Shown one piece after another: positions 28,473 through 38,042 of a stretch of DNA of 64,000 nucleotides. The stretch spans positions 1 through 64,000 of the forward strand of contig JBBFKW010000014.1 in NCBI GenBank assembly GCA_037481835.1, given 5' to 3'. A program made the translations under genes and the position numbers. This DNA comes from Desulfosoma sp. (GTDB lineage Bacteria; Desulfobacterota; Syntrophobacteria; Syntrophobacterales; DSM-9756). The notes beneath the pieces are model-generated. The model was not told the DNA's origin and did not search any database. It was given only the letters and a program-made list of their open reading frames with translations. The first letter of the stretch is position 1. Every line of letters starts with the position of its first letter.

Positions 28473-31415
28473 CTAGGACGGGCGGCGTTCTTCTTGGGGT
28501 TGGGCGGGTTCCAGAACCGGAGCCACCTCCACCATGCGGTAGACTTCCAGAATGTCGCCCACCTTGATGTCGTTGAAATTTTCCAAGGTCAGGCCGCATT
28601 CGAATCCGGCCTTCACTTCCCGTGCATCGTCTTTGAACCGCTTGAGCGACGAAATCTTCCCGTCCCACACCTGGACGCCGTCCCGGACGAGTCTCGCCTT
28701 GGCGTTGCGTTCCACTTTGCCTTCGGTCACGTAGCAGCCGGCCACGGTGCCGATGCGGGAAATGTGGAACGTCTGGCGCACTTCGGCCCGACCGAGGATT
28801 TCCTCCTGGTACTGGGGTTCCAGCAAGCCCACCATGGCATCCTTGATGTCGTCCAGGATCTGATAGATCACGTCGTAGTAGCGGATGCTCACCTTTTCCT
28901 GTTCGGCCAGTTCCTGGGCTTTGGCATCGGCCCGCACGTTGAATCCGATGATGATGGCATTGGAGGCGGACGCCAGCATGACATCGCTTTCCGAAACGGC
29001 ACCCGTGCCCGCATGGATGAGCGAGACCTTGACTTCGGGCGTGGACAGTTTCAGCAAAGAGTCCCGGATGGCTTCCAGGGACCCCTGGACGTCGGTTTTC
29101 AAAATGACGTTGATTTCCTTGATCTGGCCGTCTCGGATCTGTTCGTAGAGCTTTTCCAGGGTGACCTTCGTGGTTCGGGACAGTTCCTTTTCCCGAGCGC
29201 GCAGCTGGCGGTGTTCGGCCACCATTTTGGCCTGCTTTTCATCGGCCAGCACGACGAAGTCGTCCCCGGCGTTGGGCACGCCCGAAAGGCCCAGCACTTC
29301 CACGGGAACCGACGGCCCGGCGGCCGAAATCCTCTGGCCCTTGTCGTTGAACATGCTGCGCACCCGGCCGGAATACGTCCCGCACACGTAGGCATCGCCT
29401 TCCTTGAGGGTTCCTTCCTGGACGAGGATCGTGGCCACGGGGCCCCGGCCTTTGTCCAGCTTGGCTTCGATGACGCGCCCTCGGGCCGGTTTGTTGGGGT
29501 TGGCCTTGAGTTCCAGGAGTTCGGCCTGCAGAAGGACCATTTCCAGCAGCTCTTCGATCCCGATTTTTTTCTTGGCGGAAATTTCCACCATGGTCACGTC
29601 CCCGCCCCATTCTTCCGGCAGGAGGCCGTGTTCGGACAATTCCCGTTTCACCCGGTCGGGATTGGCGTTGGGTTTGTCGATTTTGTTGATGGCCACCATG
29701 ATGGGCACTCCGGCCGCCTTGGCGTGGTTGATGGCTTCCACGGTCTGCTGCATGACGCCGTCGTCCGCGGCCACCACCAAGATGACGATGTCGGTGACCT
29801 TGGCGCCGCGGGCGCGCATGGCCGTGAAGGCCTCATGACCCGGAGTGTCCAGGAAGGTGATGTGGCGCCCGTCCAGTTCCACGAAATAGGCGCCGATGTG
29901 CTGGGTGATCCCGCCGGCTTCTTCGTCGATGACCTTGGTGTGGCGGATGGCATCCAAAAGCGAGGTCTTGCCGTGGTCCACGTGGCCCATGACGGTCACC
30001 ACGGGCGGCCGAGGCTTGAGGTCTTCCGGGCGGTCTTCGGTGGTATGGAGGATGTCCTCTTCCTCGAACCCGGCCTTTTCCACTTCATAGTTGAATTCCG
30101 CGGCCACGAGGGCTGCGGCATCGTAGTCGATGGCCTGGTTGATGTTTGCGGGAAGTCCCAGGAGCAGGAGTTTCTTGATGATTTCCGTGGCCTTGACCCC
30201 CATCTGCTTGGCCAGGTTGGCCACCGTAATGGCTTCATCGATGCGGATGCGCCGCTTGATGGCTTTGGGAACCGTCACCACGGGCTTTTGCGGGCCGATC
30301 TCTTCGCGCCTTAAGCCCGCTTTGCCGCGTTCTTCCTGGGCTCGCAGCTCCTTTTTGGTGTAGAGGTCTTCACGGCCGACGACTTCCTTTCGACCCTTGC
30401 GGAGCTTTTTCTCCGGCGCCACCGGTTCTTCGTCCGGCCGAACGCGTTTCTTTCGGAGGGGTTCCCGACTGACCTGCTCTTCCGGGATGAAGCGCACCAC
30501 CGTCGGCGGCACCTCGGCTTCTTCCTCGGGCTCGGCGGGAAGGACTTCGGGCAGGCTGATGATTCGGGCCGGCTCGTCTTTTCGGCGCTTTCGGCGGCGC
30601 CGCTTGGCCTTTTTCTTTTTGCCCTTCTCGTCTTCTTCTTCGCCCTCTTCAGCGGCCGCTTCCGCTTCTTCTTCCCCGACGGCGACGCCCATCTCGGGTT
30701 CCTCCCTGAGCGGGACGACCGGCGCGGGTTCGGCTTTCACGGGTTCGCCCAAGGGTTCCACCGGCGCAATTTTTTCGGCGGGAGGCGGCGTCGGTTCGGG
30801 AACGGCTCTTGCGGCGGCTTCCCGATCCTCGAGGGGTTTTTCCACAACGGCGGGGGCGGGCTCTTCCAACGTGGGAACGGAGACGGCCGCTTCGCGAACG
30901 GGGGGTTCCGCCGGGGTCGGCTCCGCGGCCTCGGGCTCCACGTAAGCGGGGGGCGGCTCCGGCTTTGCGACCGGTTCGGCCGCAGGGGCTTTCTCTTCGG
31001 CGGGCTCCGCGGGAGTCGGCGCAGGAGGCGCAGGTTCGACCGTCACGGGGGCGGCCGGCTCGGCGGACACGGGAGCCTCCGAAACTTCAGCTGCCGCTTC
31101 GGCAGCGGCCTCGGCACCGAGGGGCTCTTCTCCCGCGACAGGCGCCTCTTCCAGCACCTGGGCGGCTTCGGCCTCGGCGAGCTCCTCCATCTCCGTTTTC
31201 TTGCGTCGGCGGATCACCTGTCGGCCGATACGCTTTTCCTCAACCTTTTTGGCACCCGCCCCCTGGAGGTGTTCGCGAATTTTGGCGATGGCCGATTCGC
31301 TTAAGGTGCTCATATGGTTTTTGACGGAGATCCCCATCTTGAGGATCCTGTCGAGGAGCTCCTTGCTGTTCATATCCAACTCTTTGGCTAGTTCGTGCAC
31401 CCTCATTCGTGCCAT
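28473..31415 (-). CDS. infB: Translation initiation factor IF-2
   Basis: [26 protein letters not shown]. Confidence 0.99.
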   Translation of the reverse strand: MARMRVHELAKELDMNSKELLDRILKMGISVKNHMSTLSESAIAKIREHLQGAGAKKVEEKRIGRQVIRRRKKTEMEELAEAEAAQVLEEAPVAGEEPLGAEAAAEAAAEVSEAPVSAEPAAPVTVEPAPPAPTPAEPAEEKAPAAEPVAKPEPPPAYVEPEAAEPTPAEPPVREAAVSVPTLEEPAPAVVEKPLEDREAAARAVPEPTPPPAEKIAPVEPLGEPVKAEPAPVVPLREEPEMGVAVGEEEAEAAAEEGEEEDEKGKKKKAKRRRRKRRKDEPARIISLPEVLPAEPEEEAEVPPTVVRFIPEEQVSREPLRKKRVRPDEEPVAPEKKLRKGRKEVVGREDLYTKKELRAQEERGKAGLRREEIGPQKPVVTVPKAIKRRIRIDEAITVANLAKQMGVKATEIIKKLLLLGLPANINQAIDYDAAALVAAEFNYEVEKAGFEEEDILHTTEDRPEDLKPRPPVVTVMGHVDHGKTSLLDAIRHTKVIDEEAGGITQHIGAYFVELDGRHITFLDTPGHEAFTAMRARGAKVTDIVILVVAADDGVMQQTVEAINHAKAAGVPIMVAINKIDKPNANPDRVKRELSEHGLLPEEWGGDVTMVEISAKKKIGIEELLEMVLLQAELLELKANPNKPARGRVIEAKLDKGRGPVATILVQEGTLKEGDAYVCGTYSGRVRSMFNDKGQRISAAGPSVPVEVLGLSGVPNAGDDFVVLADEKQAKMVAEHRQLRAREKELSRTTKVTLEKLYEQIRDGQIKEINVILKTDVQGSLEAIRDSLLKLSTPEVKVSLIHAGTGAVSESDVMLASASNAIIIGFNVRADAKAQELAEQEKVSIRYYDVIYQILDDIKDAMVGLLEPQYQEEILGRAEVRQTFHISRIGTVAGCYVTEGKVERNAKARLVRDGVQVWDGKISSLKRFKDDAREVKAGFECGLTLENFNDIKVGDILEVYRMVEVAPVLEPAQPQEERRPS

Positions 31416-31427
31416 GGAAAAAACCCC

Positions 31428-31802
31428 CTAGAAATCTTCAGCGACCGTGTCCGCGGTGTGAGGCCGTGGACGTTTTTTGGCATCACGCACACATGATGAT
31501 CGATCCTCCATGGTTTGGCAGCCCGTCTCATCCCCTTGCGCCCGGTGGACCCAGTCCATAAAGAGCGGCGACATCCCCTGAAGCCGGCCTCGGAAAGCCC
31601 GCCACAGCGCCTTCCCTTTCAGCACCGACCCCAGGCAGGTCTCGCACACGTAGGCGCCGCGCCCCGGCAGACGGTGCCGGCAATCCGGGATCACCCGGCG
31701 TTCTTGATCCAACGCCAGCCGCAGGAGCTCCCCTTTCGGCCGTTTGGACCGGCACACGATGCATGTTCGGTAGGGCACGTGCCCCGAGGATTTTGCGCTC
31801 AT
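31428..31802 (-). CDS. YlxR/DUF448 RNA-binding protein
   Basis: PYRTCIVCR..GRGAYVC; nusA-infB synteny. Confidence 0.88.
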   Translation of the reverse strand: MSAKSSGHVPYRTCIVCRSKRPKGELLRLALDQERRVIPDCRHRLPGRGAYVCETCLGSVLKGKALWRAFRGRLQGMSPLFMDWVHRAQGDETGCQTMEDRSSCVRDAKKRPRPHTADTVAEDF

Positions 31803-33145
31803 TCCACCGGCTTGACTTCTTCCGTGGATTCGGGCTCTTGGGAACCCTCCTCAGCCTCGGTGTCGTTTTCTTCCTCCATCTCGTCGTCTTCCTGGGCTTC
31901 GACGGCGGCACCCGATTCCAGCAAAGTCCTGGCCTGGTGCTGCATGGCTTCCAGGGCCGTGGCCGAAAGGCCGGTCAGCGTTTCCAGTTCCTCCAGGTCC
32001 GCTTCGCAAAACTCTCCAAGGGACGTGATGCCCGCTTCGTAGAGCTTGTCGGCCATTTCTTCCGACAGGTTGTCGATGTGGAGAAGCGCCTGGTATCCGG
32101 CCTGCTTTTGACGCTCATAGCGGGATTCGCTCTTCACGTCAATGTGCCAGCCCGTGATCCGTGAAGCCAGCCGCACGTTTTGGCCGCGTCGTCCGATGGC
32201 CAAAGACAGCTGGTCGTCCGGTACGATGACTTCCATGCTCCGGTTGGTCTGGTCGATGATGACCTTGGTGATGATGGCCGGAGCGAGGGCGTTCACGACG
32301 AATTTGGCAGGGTCCATGTTCCACGGGACGATGTCGATCTTTTCACCGCGCAGTTCCTGGACCACCGCCTGGACCCGGGATCCCTTCATGCCCACGCATG
32401 CGCCCACGGGGTCCACATCGGGGTCCTTGGACACCACGGCGATTTTGGCTCTTGAGCCGGGTTCGCGGGCGGCCGCCAGGATGCTCACCGTGCCGTCGGA
32501 CACTTCGGGCACTTCGATGCGGAACAGCTGGATGAGGAAATCGGGATGGGTGCGGCTGAGGATGATCTGCGGTCCCTTGCTGATCTTTTTCACGTCCAGG
32601 ATGTAGGCCCGGATCCGGTCGCCCTGGCGGTAGATTTCCCGGGGGATTTGTTCTTTGACCGGCAGGATGGCTTCGGCGCGGCCCAAGTTGACGATAATGC
32701 CGGAGCGGTCCACTTTCTGGACGATGCCCGTGACGATCTCCCGCTTGCGGTCCTTGTATTCTTCGTAGGTGGCTTCCCGCTCGGCGTCCTTCATCTTTTG
32801 GATGATGACCTGCTTGGCCGATTGGGCGGCGATGCGGCCCAAGGTGTCCGTGTCCATGCGGATGCCCAGTTCGTCGCCGATTTCCGATTCGGGATCCAAG
32901 GCCCGAGCCTCGGGAAGGGAAATCTGCTTGTCGGGGTCGTGGACTTCCTCGACGACTTCCTTGAACATGAAGGCTTCCATTTCGCCGTATTCGTCGTTGT
33001 AGGCGACCTCCACGTCCATCTTGGTGCCGTAGCGCTTCTTGATGGCCGATTTGACCGCTTCGACCAGAGCTTCGATCAACACGGCGCGGTCGATCCCTTT
33101 TTCCCGACTCACTTGATCGATCAACCGCTTCAGTTCACTGGCCAT
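31799..33145 (-). CDS. nusA: Transcription factor NusA
   Basis: GRIAAQSAKQ, REPGSRAKIAV, LSLAIGRRGQNVRLA. Confidence 0.99.
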   Translation of the reverse strand: MASELKRLIDQVSREKGIDRAVLIEALVEAVKSAIKKRYGTKMDVEVAYNDEYGEMEAFMFKEVVEEVHDPDKQISLPEARALDPESEIGDELGIRMDTDTLGRIAAQSAKQVIIQKMKDAEREATYEEYKDRKREIVTGIVQKVDRSGIIVNLGRAEAILPVKEQIPREIYRQGDRIRAYILDVKKISKGPQIILSRTHPDFLIQLFRIEVPEVSDGTVSILAAAREPGSRAKIAVVSKDPDVDPVGACVGMKGSRVQAVVQELRGEKIDIVPWNMDPAKFVVNALAPAIITKVIIDQTNRSMEVIVPDDQLSLAIGRRGQNVRLASRITGWHIDVKSESRYERQKQAGYQALLHIDNLSEEMADKLYEAGITSLGEFCEADLEELETLTGLSATALEAMQHQARTLLESGAAVEAQEDDEMEEENDTEAEEGSQEPESTEEVKPVE

Positions 33146-33208
33146 GATGGCTTTTCTCCTCCTGTGCCCGAAAACCGGTTTCCACCCGGTTGGGATCTCT
33201 CGAAACTT

Positions 33209-33715
33209 TCAATCTTGGGGCGTCGTCACGGCGCCGCCCGATTCAAAGTAGCGCAAGCGGGCCCTGTCCACGGCGTCCAAAGGAATGTCGTAGATCGTCC
33301 CGTCGCAGTCCACGCGGATCGCTTCGGGGCTCGCCGCCACGAGGATGCCTTTGAAATTCTTGCGGGCGCCCAAAGCCGTGCGCGTGCGCACGGCCACCAC
33401 CTTGCCGATCTGCCGGTGGAAATGCTCCCAGCGCCGAAGCGGCCGGTCCAGCCCTGGAGACGACACTTCCAGGTGATAGGGGCCGGCGATGGGATCCGCC
33501 ACATCCAGAAGATCGCCCACCACCCGGCTGACGGCGGCGCAGTCTTCCACACTCACCCCGCCGTCGCGATCCACGAAGAGCCGGAGGACCCAGCCTTGGC
33601 TTTCCCGCCGATATTCCACCTCCACCAGCTCCAGCCCTTCGGCGGCGATGACGGGGGTGGTCAAGTCCCAGATTTTTCGAACGACCGCTCGGGTCGGATC
33701 TTCTTTGGCGTCCAT
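33209..33715 (-). CDS. rimP: Ribosome maturation factor RimP
   Basis: LRLFVD..VEDC..YHLEVSSPGLDRPL. Confidence 0.97.
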   Translation of the reverse strand: MDAKEDPTRAVVRKIWDLTTPVIAAEGLELVEVEYRRESQGWVLRLFVDRDGGVSVEDCAAVSRVVGDLLDVADPIAGPYHLEVSSPGLDRPLRRWEHFHRQIGKVVAVRTRTALGARKNFKGILVAASPEAIRVDCDGTIYDIPLDAVDRARLRYFESGGAVTTPQD

Positions 33716-33757
33716 GGCCGTCTCGGGGCCTCGAGGGCCGACTTTCCCGGACGATGC

Positions 33758-33785
33758 AAAAAAAAAGTGGGCGTTTAGCCCACTC
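33758..33785 (-). promoter_or_regulatory. rimP leader hairpin/attenuator
   Basis: Minus strand GAGTGGGC-TAAAC-GCCCACT followed by a U-run upstream of rimP. Confidence 0.65.
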
Positions 33786-33965
33786 CCATTAGCAGAGCAA
33801 TGATCTCAGGAAATCCGGCTTCAGTGCCGTAAGGTGCGACGTTCACAAAAGACCGAGTTGAGCATTGTCATCCACTAATCGAAGTCGGCGTCCGCCAGGT
33901 ACTGCGCCCACGCCACCTCAAAAAGGGAAGCCTTCCGCTTTTGGAAGGGTGAGCTTTCCGTCGTG

Positions 33966-34041
33966 TGGAGCGGGCAACGGGATTCGAACCCGCGACCCCA
34001 AGCTTGGGAAGCTCGTGCTCTACCAGCTGAGCTATGCCCGC
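33966..34041 (-). tRNA. tRNA-Gly (CCC)
   Basis: 76-nt cloverleaf GCGGGCA...GGTTCGAATCC...GCCCGCTCCA; anticodon loop TTCCCAA. Confidence 0.97.
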
Positions 34042-34192
34042 TCAAACGCCACAACGAGGCTATCCTAATGAGCCCGCCGTGGGAAGTCAAGACCAATGTG
34101 GCCCCGTTCGGGGTCAATCCAACCGCACCCAAGGGCGAACACGCCCCGCTCCCGCGGCCATGTCGCCTTATGTGTAAAAGCCGCGGATGCGC

Positions 34193-34224
34193 GTTGGGGT
34201 TCGCTCCGCTCACCCCAACCTACG
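34193..34224. repeat. GTAG-type REP-like palindrome
   Basis: GTTGGGGTTCGCTCCGCTCACCCCAACCTACG; same family as the copies at 47298-47556. Confidence 0.75.
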
Positions 34225-34441
34225 ACTTTGTCCAAGGATACGGGCCGGCGAAATCGTGGTCGGGGTTTGCTTCGCACACCCCGACACCACACGGCTTCAT
34301 CGGCGCCACCCCCCGGCCATGACTCTCCCCGACCGTGAAAGGCTTCTCTTTGCGCCGTGGAACGGTTACCTCTATACCACACGGACCGATTGGGTGCCAA
34401 GGCAAGGCGGCGCGAGGCTTTGGGGAGGCGAGGGCGGCGGG

Positions 34442-34864
34442 ATGGAAAGAGCGCTTTACGAAATCGTGGACCATACGGCCGATGTGGGGATTCGGGTGCA
34501 GGGGCGGGACCTTGCGGAGGTCTTTGAAAGAGCCGCCCTGGCCTTTTACGACCTCATGGTGGGGCTGGATGCCGTGGAGATTCGACAAAGCCGCGAGGTG
34601 TGCGTGGAAGCGCAAGCCCTGGACGAACTGCTCGTCCAATGGTTGTCCGAGCTCCTGTATCTTTTCGACGTCCAGGGGTTCCTCGGCAAGGCGGTGCAAA
34701 TCGCCGTGAATCCCTCGTGGCGGCTTACGGCGACCGTCCACGGCGAGCCTTTGGATCCCGATCGGCACCGCGTGGGACTCGTCTACAAGGCCGTAACCTA
34801 CCACGCCGCCTCTGTGAAGTTCACGGACGGGCTGTGGACGGCCCAGGTCATTTTCGACATCTGA
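34442..34864 (+). CDS. Archease
   Basis: YEIVDHTADVG..KAVTYH..IFDI; directly upstream of rtcB. Confidence 0.93.
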   Translation: MERALYEIVDHTADVGIRVQGRDLAEVFERAALAFYDLMVGLDAVEIRQSREVCVEAQALDELLVQWLSELLYLFDVQGFLGKAVQIAVNPSWRLTATVHGEPLDPDRHRVGLVYKAVTYHAASVKFTDGLWTAQVIFDI

Positions 34865-34910
34865 CGCAGCGCTCTTTTAAGAGGGTTTCAAGCCACAAGG
34901 AGGTGGGGCC

Positions 34911-36368
34911 ATGGTCGCCAAGGATCGCTTGACGCTGGAAAGGATCGACGGGTGGCGCTGGAAGATCCCTCGAACCGGCGCCATGCGCACGGACGGCATG
35001 ATTTACGCCGGCGAAAAGATGCTGGACGCCATCCGCCAGGATCAGGCCATGGACCAGGTGGCCAACGTGGCCTGCCTTCCCGGCATTGTGGGCTATTCCA
35101 TGGCCATGCCGGACATCCATTGGGGCTACGGCTTTCCCATCGGCGGGGTGGCGGCTTTTTCCATGGACGACGGGATCGTCTCCCCTGGAGGGGTCGGCTA
35201 CGACATCAACTGCGGCGTTCGTCTCATGACGACCCACCTGAGGGCTCGGGAATTGGGCCTGGAAAAGATCCGCGATCTGGTCACGGCCCTTTTTCGAAAC
35301 ATTCCCTCCGGTGTGGGCTCGTCCCGCAAGGACTTCAAGCTTACCGAAGCCGAACTGGACAAGGTGCTGCTCAAAGGGGCCCAGTGGGCCGTCTCCAAGG
35401 GCTTCGGGGACGCCTCCGACCTGGAACGCATCGAAGAAGGGGGCTGCATCCCCTGGGCCGATCCCAAGGAAGTGTCGGCCAAGGCTAGGGATCGAGGGCG
35501 ATCCCAGCTGGGCACCTTGGGGTCGGGAAACCACTTTGTGGAAATCGGTGTCGTGGAAGAGATCTACGATTCGGCGACGGCCGAGGTCTTCGGCTTGTTC
35601 CAGGGGCAACTGACCGTGTTCGTCCATACGGGATCCCGCGGCCTGGGCCACCAGGTGTGCGACGATTTCATTCGGATTCTGCTCAAAAGCAGCCAAAAGT
35701 ACGGGATCGATCTTCCGGACAAGCAGCTGTGTTGCGCGCCCGTATCGTCCCCGGAAGGACGGAGCTACCTGGGAGCCATGGGGGCGGCGGCCAACTTCGC
35801 CTTTGCCAACCGTCAGATGATCAGCCACTGGGTGCGGGAAACCTTCGAAGAGTTTTTCGGCACATCGTCCGATCGCCTGGGCCTGTCCCTTCTCTACGAT
35901 GTGTGCCACAACATGGCCAAGATCGAAGAGCATGCCTGGCAGGGGGAACGCCGAAAACTGTGCGTGCACCGAAAAGGAGCCACCCGCGCCTTTGCGGCGG
36001 GCCATGAGGCCGTGCCGGCCGTGTACCGGTCAGTGGGCCAACCCGTGCTCATCCCCGGAGATATGGGCCGCTACAGTTATGTCCTCGTGGGGACGCAGCG
36101 GGCCATGGAAGAGACCTTCGGGAGCACGTGTCACGGGGCCGGCCGGGTGCTCAGCCGCCACCAGGCCGTCAAGAGCGCCAGAGGGCGAAGCGTCGTCAAG
36201 GAAATGGAAGAGCGGGGCATTTTCGTCATGGGGGCCAGCAAGGCGACCTTGGTGGAAGAGATGCCCGAAGCCTACAAGGACGTGAGCGACGTGGTGGAAG
36301 TGGTGGCCCGGGCGGGGATCAGCCGGCCCGTCGCCCGCCTGCGCCCCCTCGGCGTGATGAAGGGCTGA
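34911..36368 (+). CDS. rtcB: RNA ligase RtcB
   Basis: MPDIHWGYGFPIGG, DINCG, GSGNHF, HTGSRG, HRKGAT, CHGAGR. Confidence 0.97.
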   Translation: MVAKDRLTLERIDGWRWKIPRTGAMRTDGMIYAGEKMLDAIRQDQAMDQVANVACLPGIVGYSMAMPDIHWGYGFPIGGVAAFSMDDGIVSPGGVGYDINCGVRLMTTHLRARELGLEKIRDLVTALFRNIPSGVGSSRKDFKLTEAELDKVLLKGAQWAVSKGFGDASDLERIEEGGCIPWADPKEVSAKARDRGRSQLGTLGSGNHFVEIGVVEEIYDSATAEVFGLFQGQLTVFVHTGSRGLGHQVCDDFIRILLKSSQKYGIDLPDKQLCCAPVSSPEGRSYLGAMGAAANFAFANRQMISHWVRETFEEFFGTSSDRLGLSLLYDVCHNMAKIEEHAWQGERRKLCVHRKGATRAFAAGHEAVPAVYRSVGQPVLIPGDMGRYSYVLVGTQRAMEETFGSTCHGAGRVLSRHQAVKSARGRSVVKEMEERGIFVMGASKATLVEEMPEAYKDVSDVVEVVARAGISRPVARLRPLGVMKG

Positions 36369-36601
36369 GGAGATTCTCTGCAAGGCGAGGGGCCACGCCG
36401 TCACGGGGCGCGCCTCCGCGGGGTGCGTCGTGTCGGACCATAGTGGGAAAATATCTTCGGCGCAAAGGGGCTTTCGTTGTGCGCCCTTTGCCGTTTTTCT
36501 CAAAGCCCTTCATGGGGCGAGGCGCGGAGACGGCGGGCTTTTTGACAGCCGGATTGTGCCGAATCGCCACAGACGGCGCCGCCATGGGCTTTCGACGGCC
36601 T

Positions 36602-37072
36602 TTAGAGTTCCACGTGGAGGATGCGGTAGGTGCGTTCGCCGGCCGGGGTGAACACGGTGATTTCTTCGCCGGGGGCCCGGCCCATGAGGCCCCGGCCCAC
36701 GGGGGAGTCCACGGATAGCTTGCCGTTGCGCACATCCGATTCAAAGGGCCCGACCATCTGAAAGCGGAAGGTCTGGCCCGTGTCCACGTTGAGGACGACG
36801 ATTTCCGTGCCGAAAGCCACCTGCCGGACGAGAAACTTTCGGCCCACGACGATTTCACACTGGGCGATCTTGGCCTGGAGATCGTCGATTTTTCGCTGAA
36901 GCACGCGGTGCTGTTCCCGGGCAAGCAAATACTGCTGGTTGTCCACCTTGACGCCGTAAAGGCGCGCTTCCTGCAAATCTTCCAGCACACGGGGCCGCAC
37001 CACCCGCCTGAGGTACAAAAGCTGGGCGTTGAGGTTTCGAAAGCCTTGGCGTGTGATGGGAACCTTTTCCAT
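36602..37072 (-). CDS. GreA/GreB family factor with atypical tip
   Basis: PITRQG coiled-coil N-terminus, V.FG..V, VGPFESD..SVDSPVGRGLMG C-domain. Confidence 0.85.
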   Translation of the reverse strand: MEKVPITRQGFRNLNAQLLYLRRVVRPRVLEDLQEARLYGVKVDNQQYLLAREQHRVLQRKIDDLQAKIAQCEIVVGRKFLVRQVAFGTEIVVLNVDTGQTFRFQMVGPFESDVRNGKLSVDSPVGRGLMGRAPGEEITVFTPAGERTYRILHVEL

Positions 37073-37149
37073 GGGCGTCTTTTGCCGTGTGTGTTCAAGG
37101 CCGTCCGAAGCGCATATGCCCGTTCGGCCCGACCCCATAGGCCGAGTCC

Positions 37150-37713
37150 TTAAACCGAAAAAAAGGCCTGGGCCAAAGCGCCCCGTTCCCGAAGGCTCTG
37201 GAAGAGGCTCAAGGCGATGACCGTTTTGCCGTCGGTGATTTCGCCGCGGTGGACGTCTTCCCAGAGGCGCTCCACGGGGAGGATCTCCACCCGGGAGATT
37301 TCCTCCTCGTCCCTTTCCGCCTTTTCCCGTTTGAGGCCCCAGGCGGCGAAGATGACGATGGCTTCATCGGAATAGCCGATGGCCGGATGATACCGGAAGA
37401 GGGGCACCAGGACCGAGGCCGTATATCCCGTTTCTTCTCGAAGCTCCCGGCGCGCCCCGTCTTCAGCCGATTCCCCGGGGTCCAACTTTCCCGCCGGGAT
37501 TTCCCAGGTCTCGCGCCCGATGGCATAGCGCCACTGGCGCACCATGACAACCTGCGTGAGGTCCGCATCCGCAAAGGCCAAAACGGCGGCCGCCTCGGGG
37601 TGTTCCATGCGGATCCGTTCCGTGATCCGCCCCGTGCGCAACCGCACCGCATCCAGATGGGCGCTGAAATGGTTCGCGTGAATACTGGCCAGGGTCCGTA
37701 CGCGTTCTTCCAT
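37150..37713 (-). CDS. Nudix hydrolase (ADP-ribose pyrophosphatase-like)
   Basis: EIPAGKLDPGE..A.RELREETG Nudix box; DGKT. Confidence 0.9.
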   Translation of the reverse strand: MEERVRTLASIHANHFSAHLDAVRLRTGRITERIRMEHPEAAAVLAFADADLTQVVMVRQWRYAIGRETWEIPAGKLDPGESAEDGARRELREETGYTASVLVPLFRYHPAIGYSDEAIVIFAAWGLKREKAERDEEEISRVEILPVERLWEDVHRGEITDGKTVIALSLFQSLRERGALAQAFFSV

Positions 37714-38042
37714 GGAAACTCCGTTTCTCTCTTGGTTTTCCCCAAAGGAGCTCGTGCGCCGCCCAGTGGGGGCTTCCCGAAAGGGGGGTGGCGATCAGCC
37801 CAAGGCGTCGCCTTTCATTAAAACAGCTGAGGGCCTTCGGGAAAGCCTTTTGTTGCGAAACGGGGACATTTCCCGTCGCCTTTTTAAGACGCACAACAAC
37901 CGGACGGACCTTGTGAAGAATTTCATTGACACGGGCCCGAGGATCCCCCATAGTTGTGCAACCTGACGGCTCCCGTGAAGGCGGATGTGGCGAACGGCGT
38001 GGTGCGGAACTTCCAAAGACCGAGAAAGCGGGTAGGGATTCC

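Noticed and set aside
23288..30314. Long antisense ORFs (e.g. 23288-25447, 27960-30314; also 42307-44988, 49094-50962)
   Set aside because: Shadow ORFs opposite well-conserved genes in high-GC DNA.
30600..31200. Pro/Ala/Glu-rich low-complexity stretch
   Set aside because: Ordinary variable N-terminal region of IF-2.
33860..33966. Integrative element at the tRNA-Gly 3' end
   Set aside because: No integrase and no duplicated tRNA 3' end seen; rimP follows directly.
37150..37713. Nudix gene as the dedicated partner of the CRISPR deaminase
   Set aside because: ADP-ribose pyrophosphatase-like, in housekeeping context about 33 kb away; nothing links it to the island.
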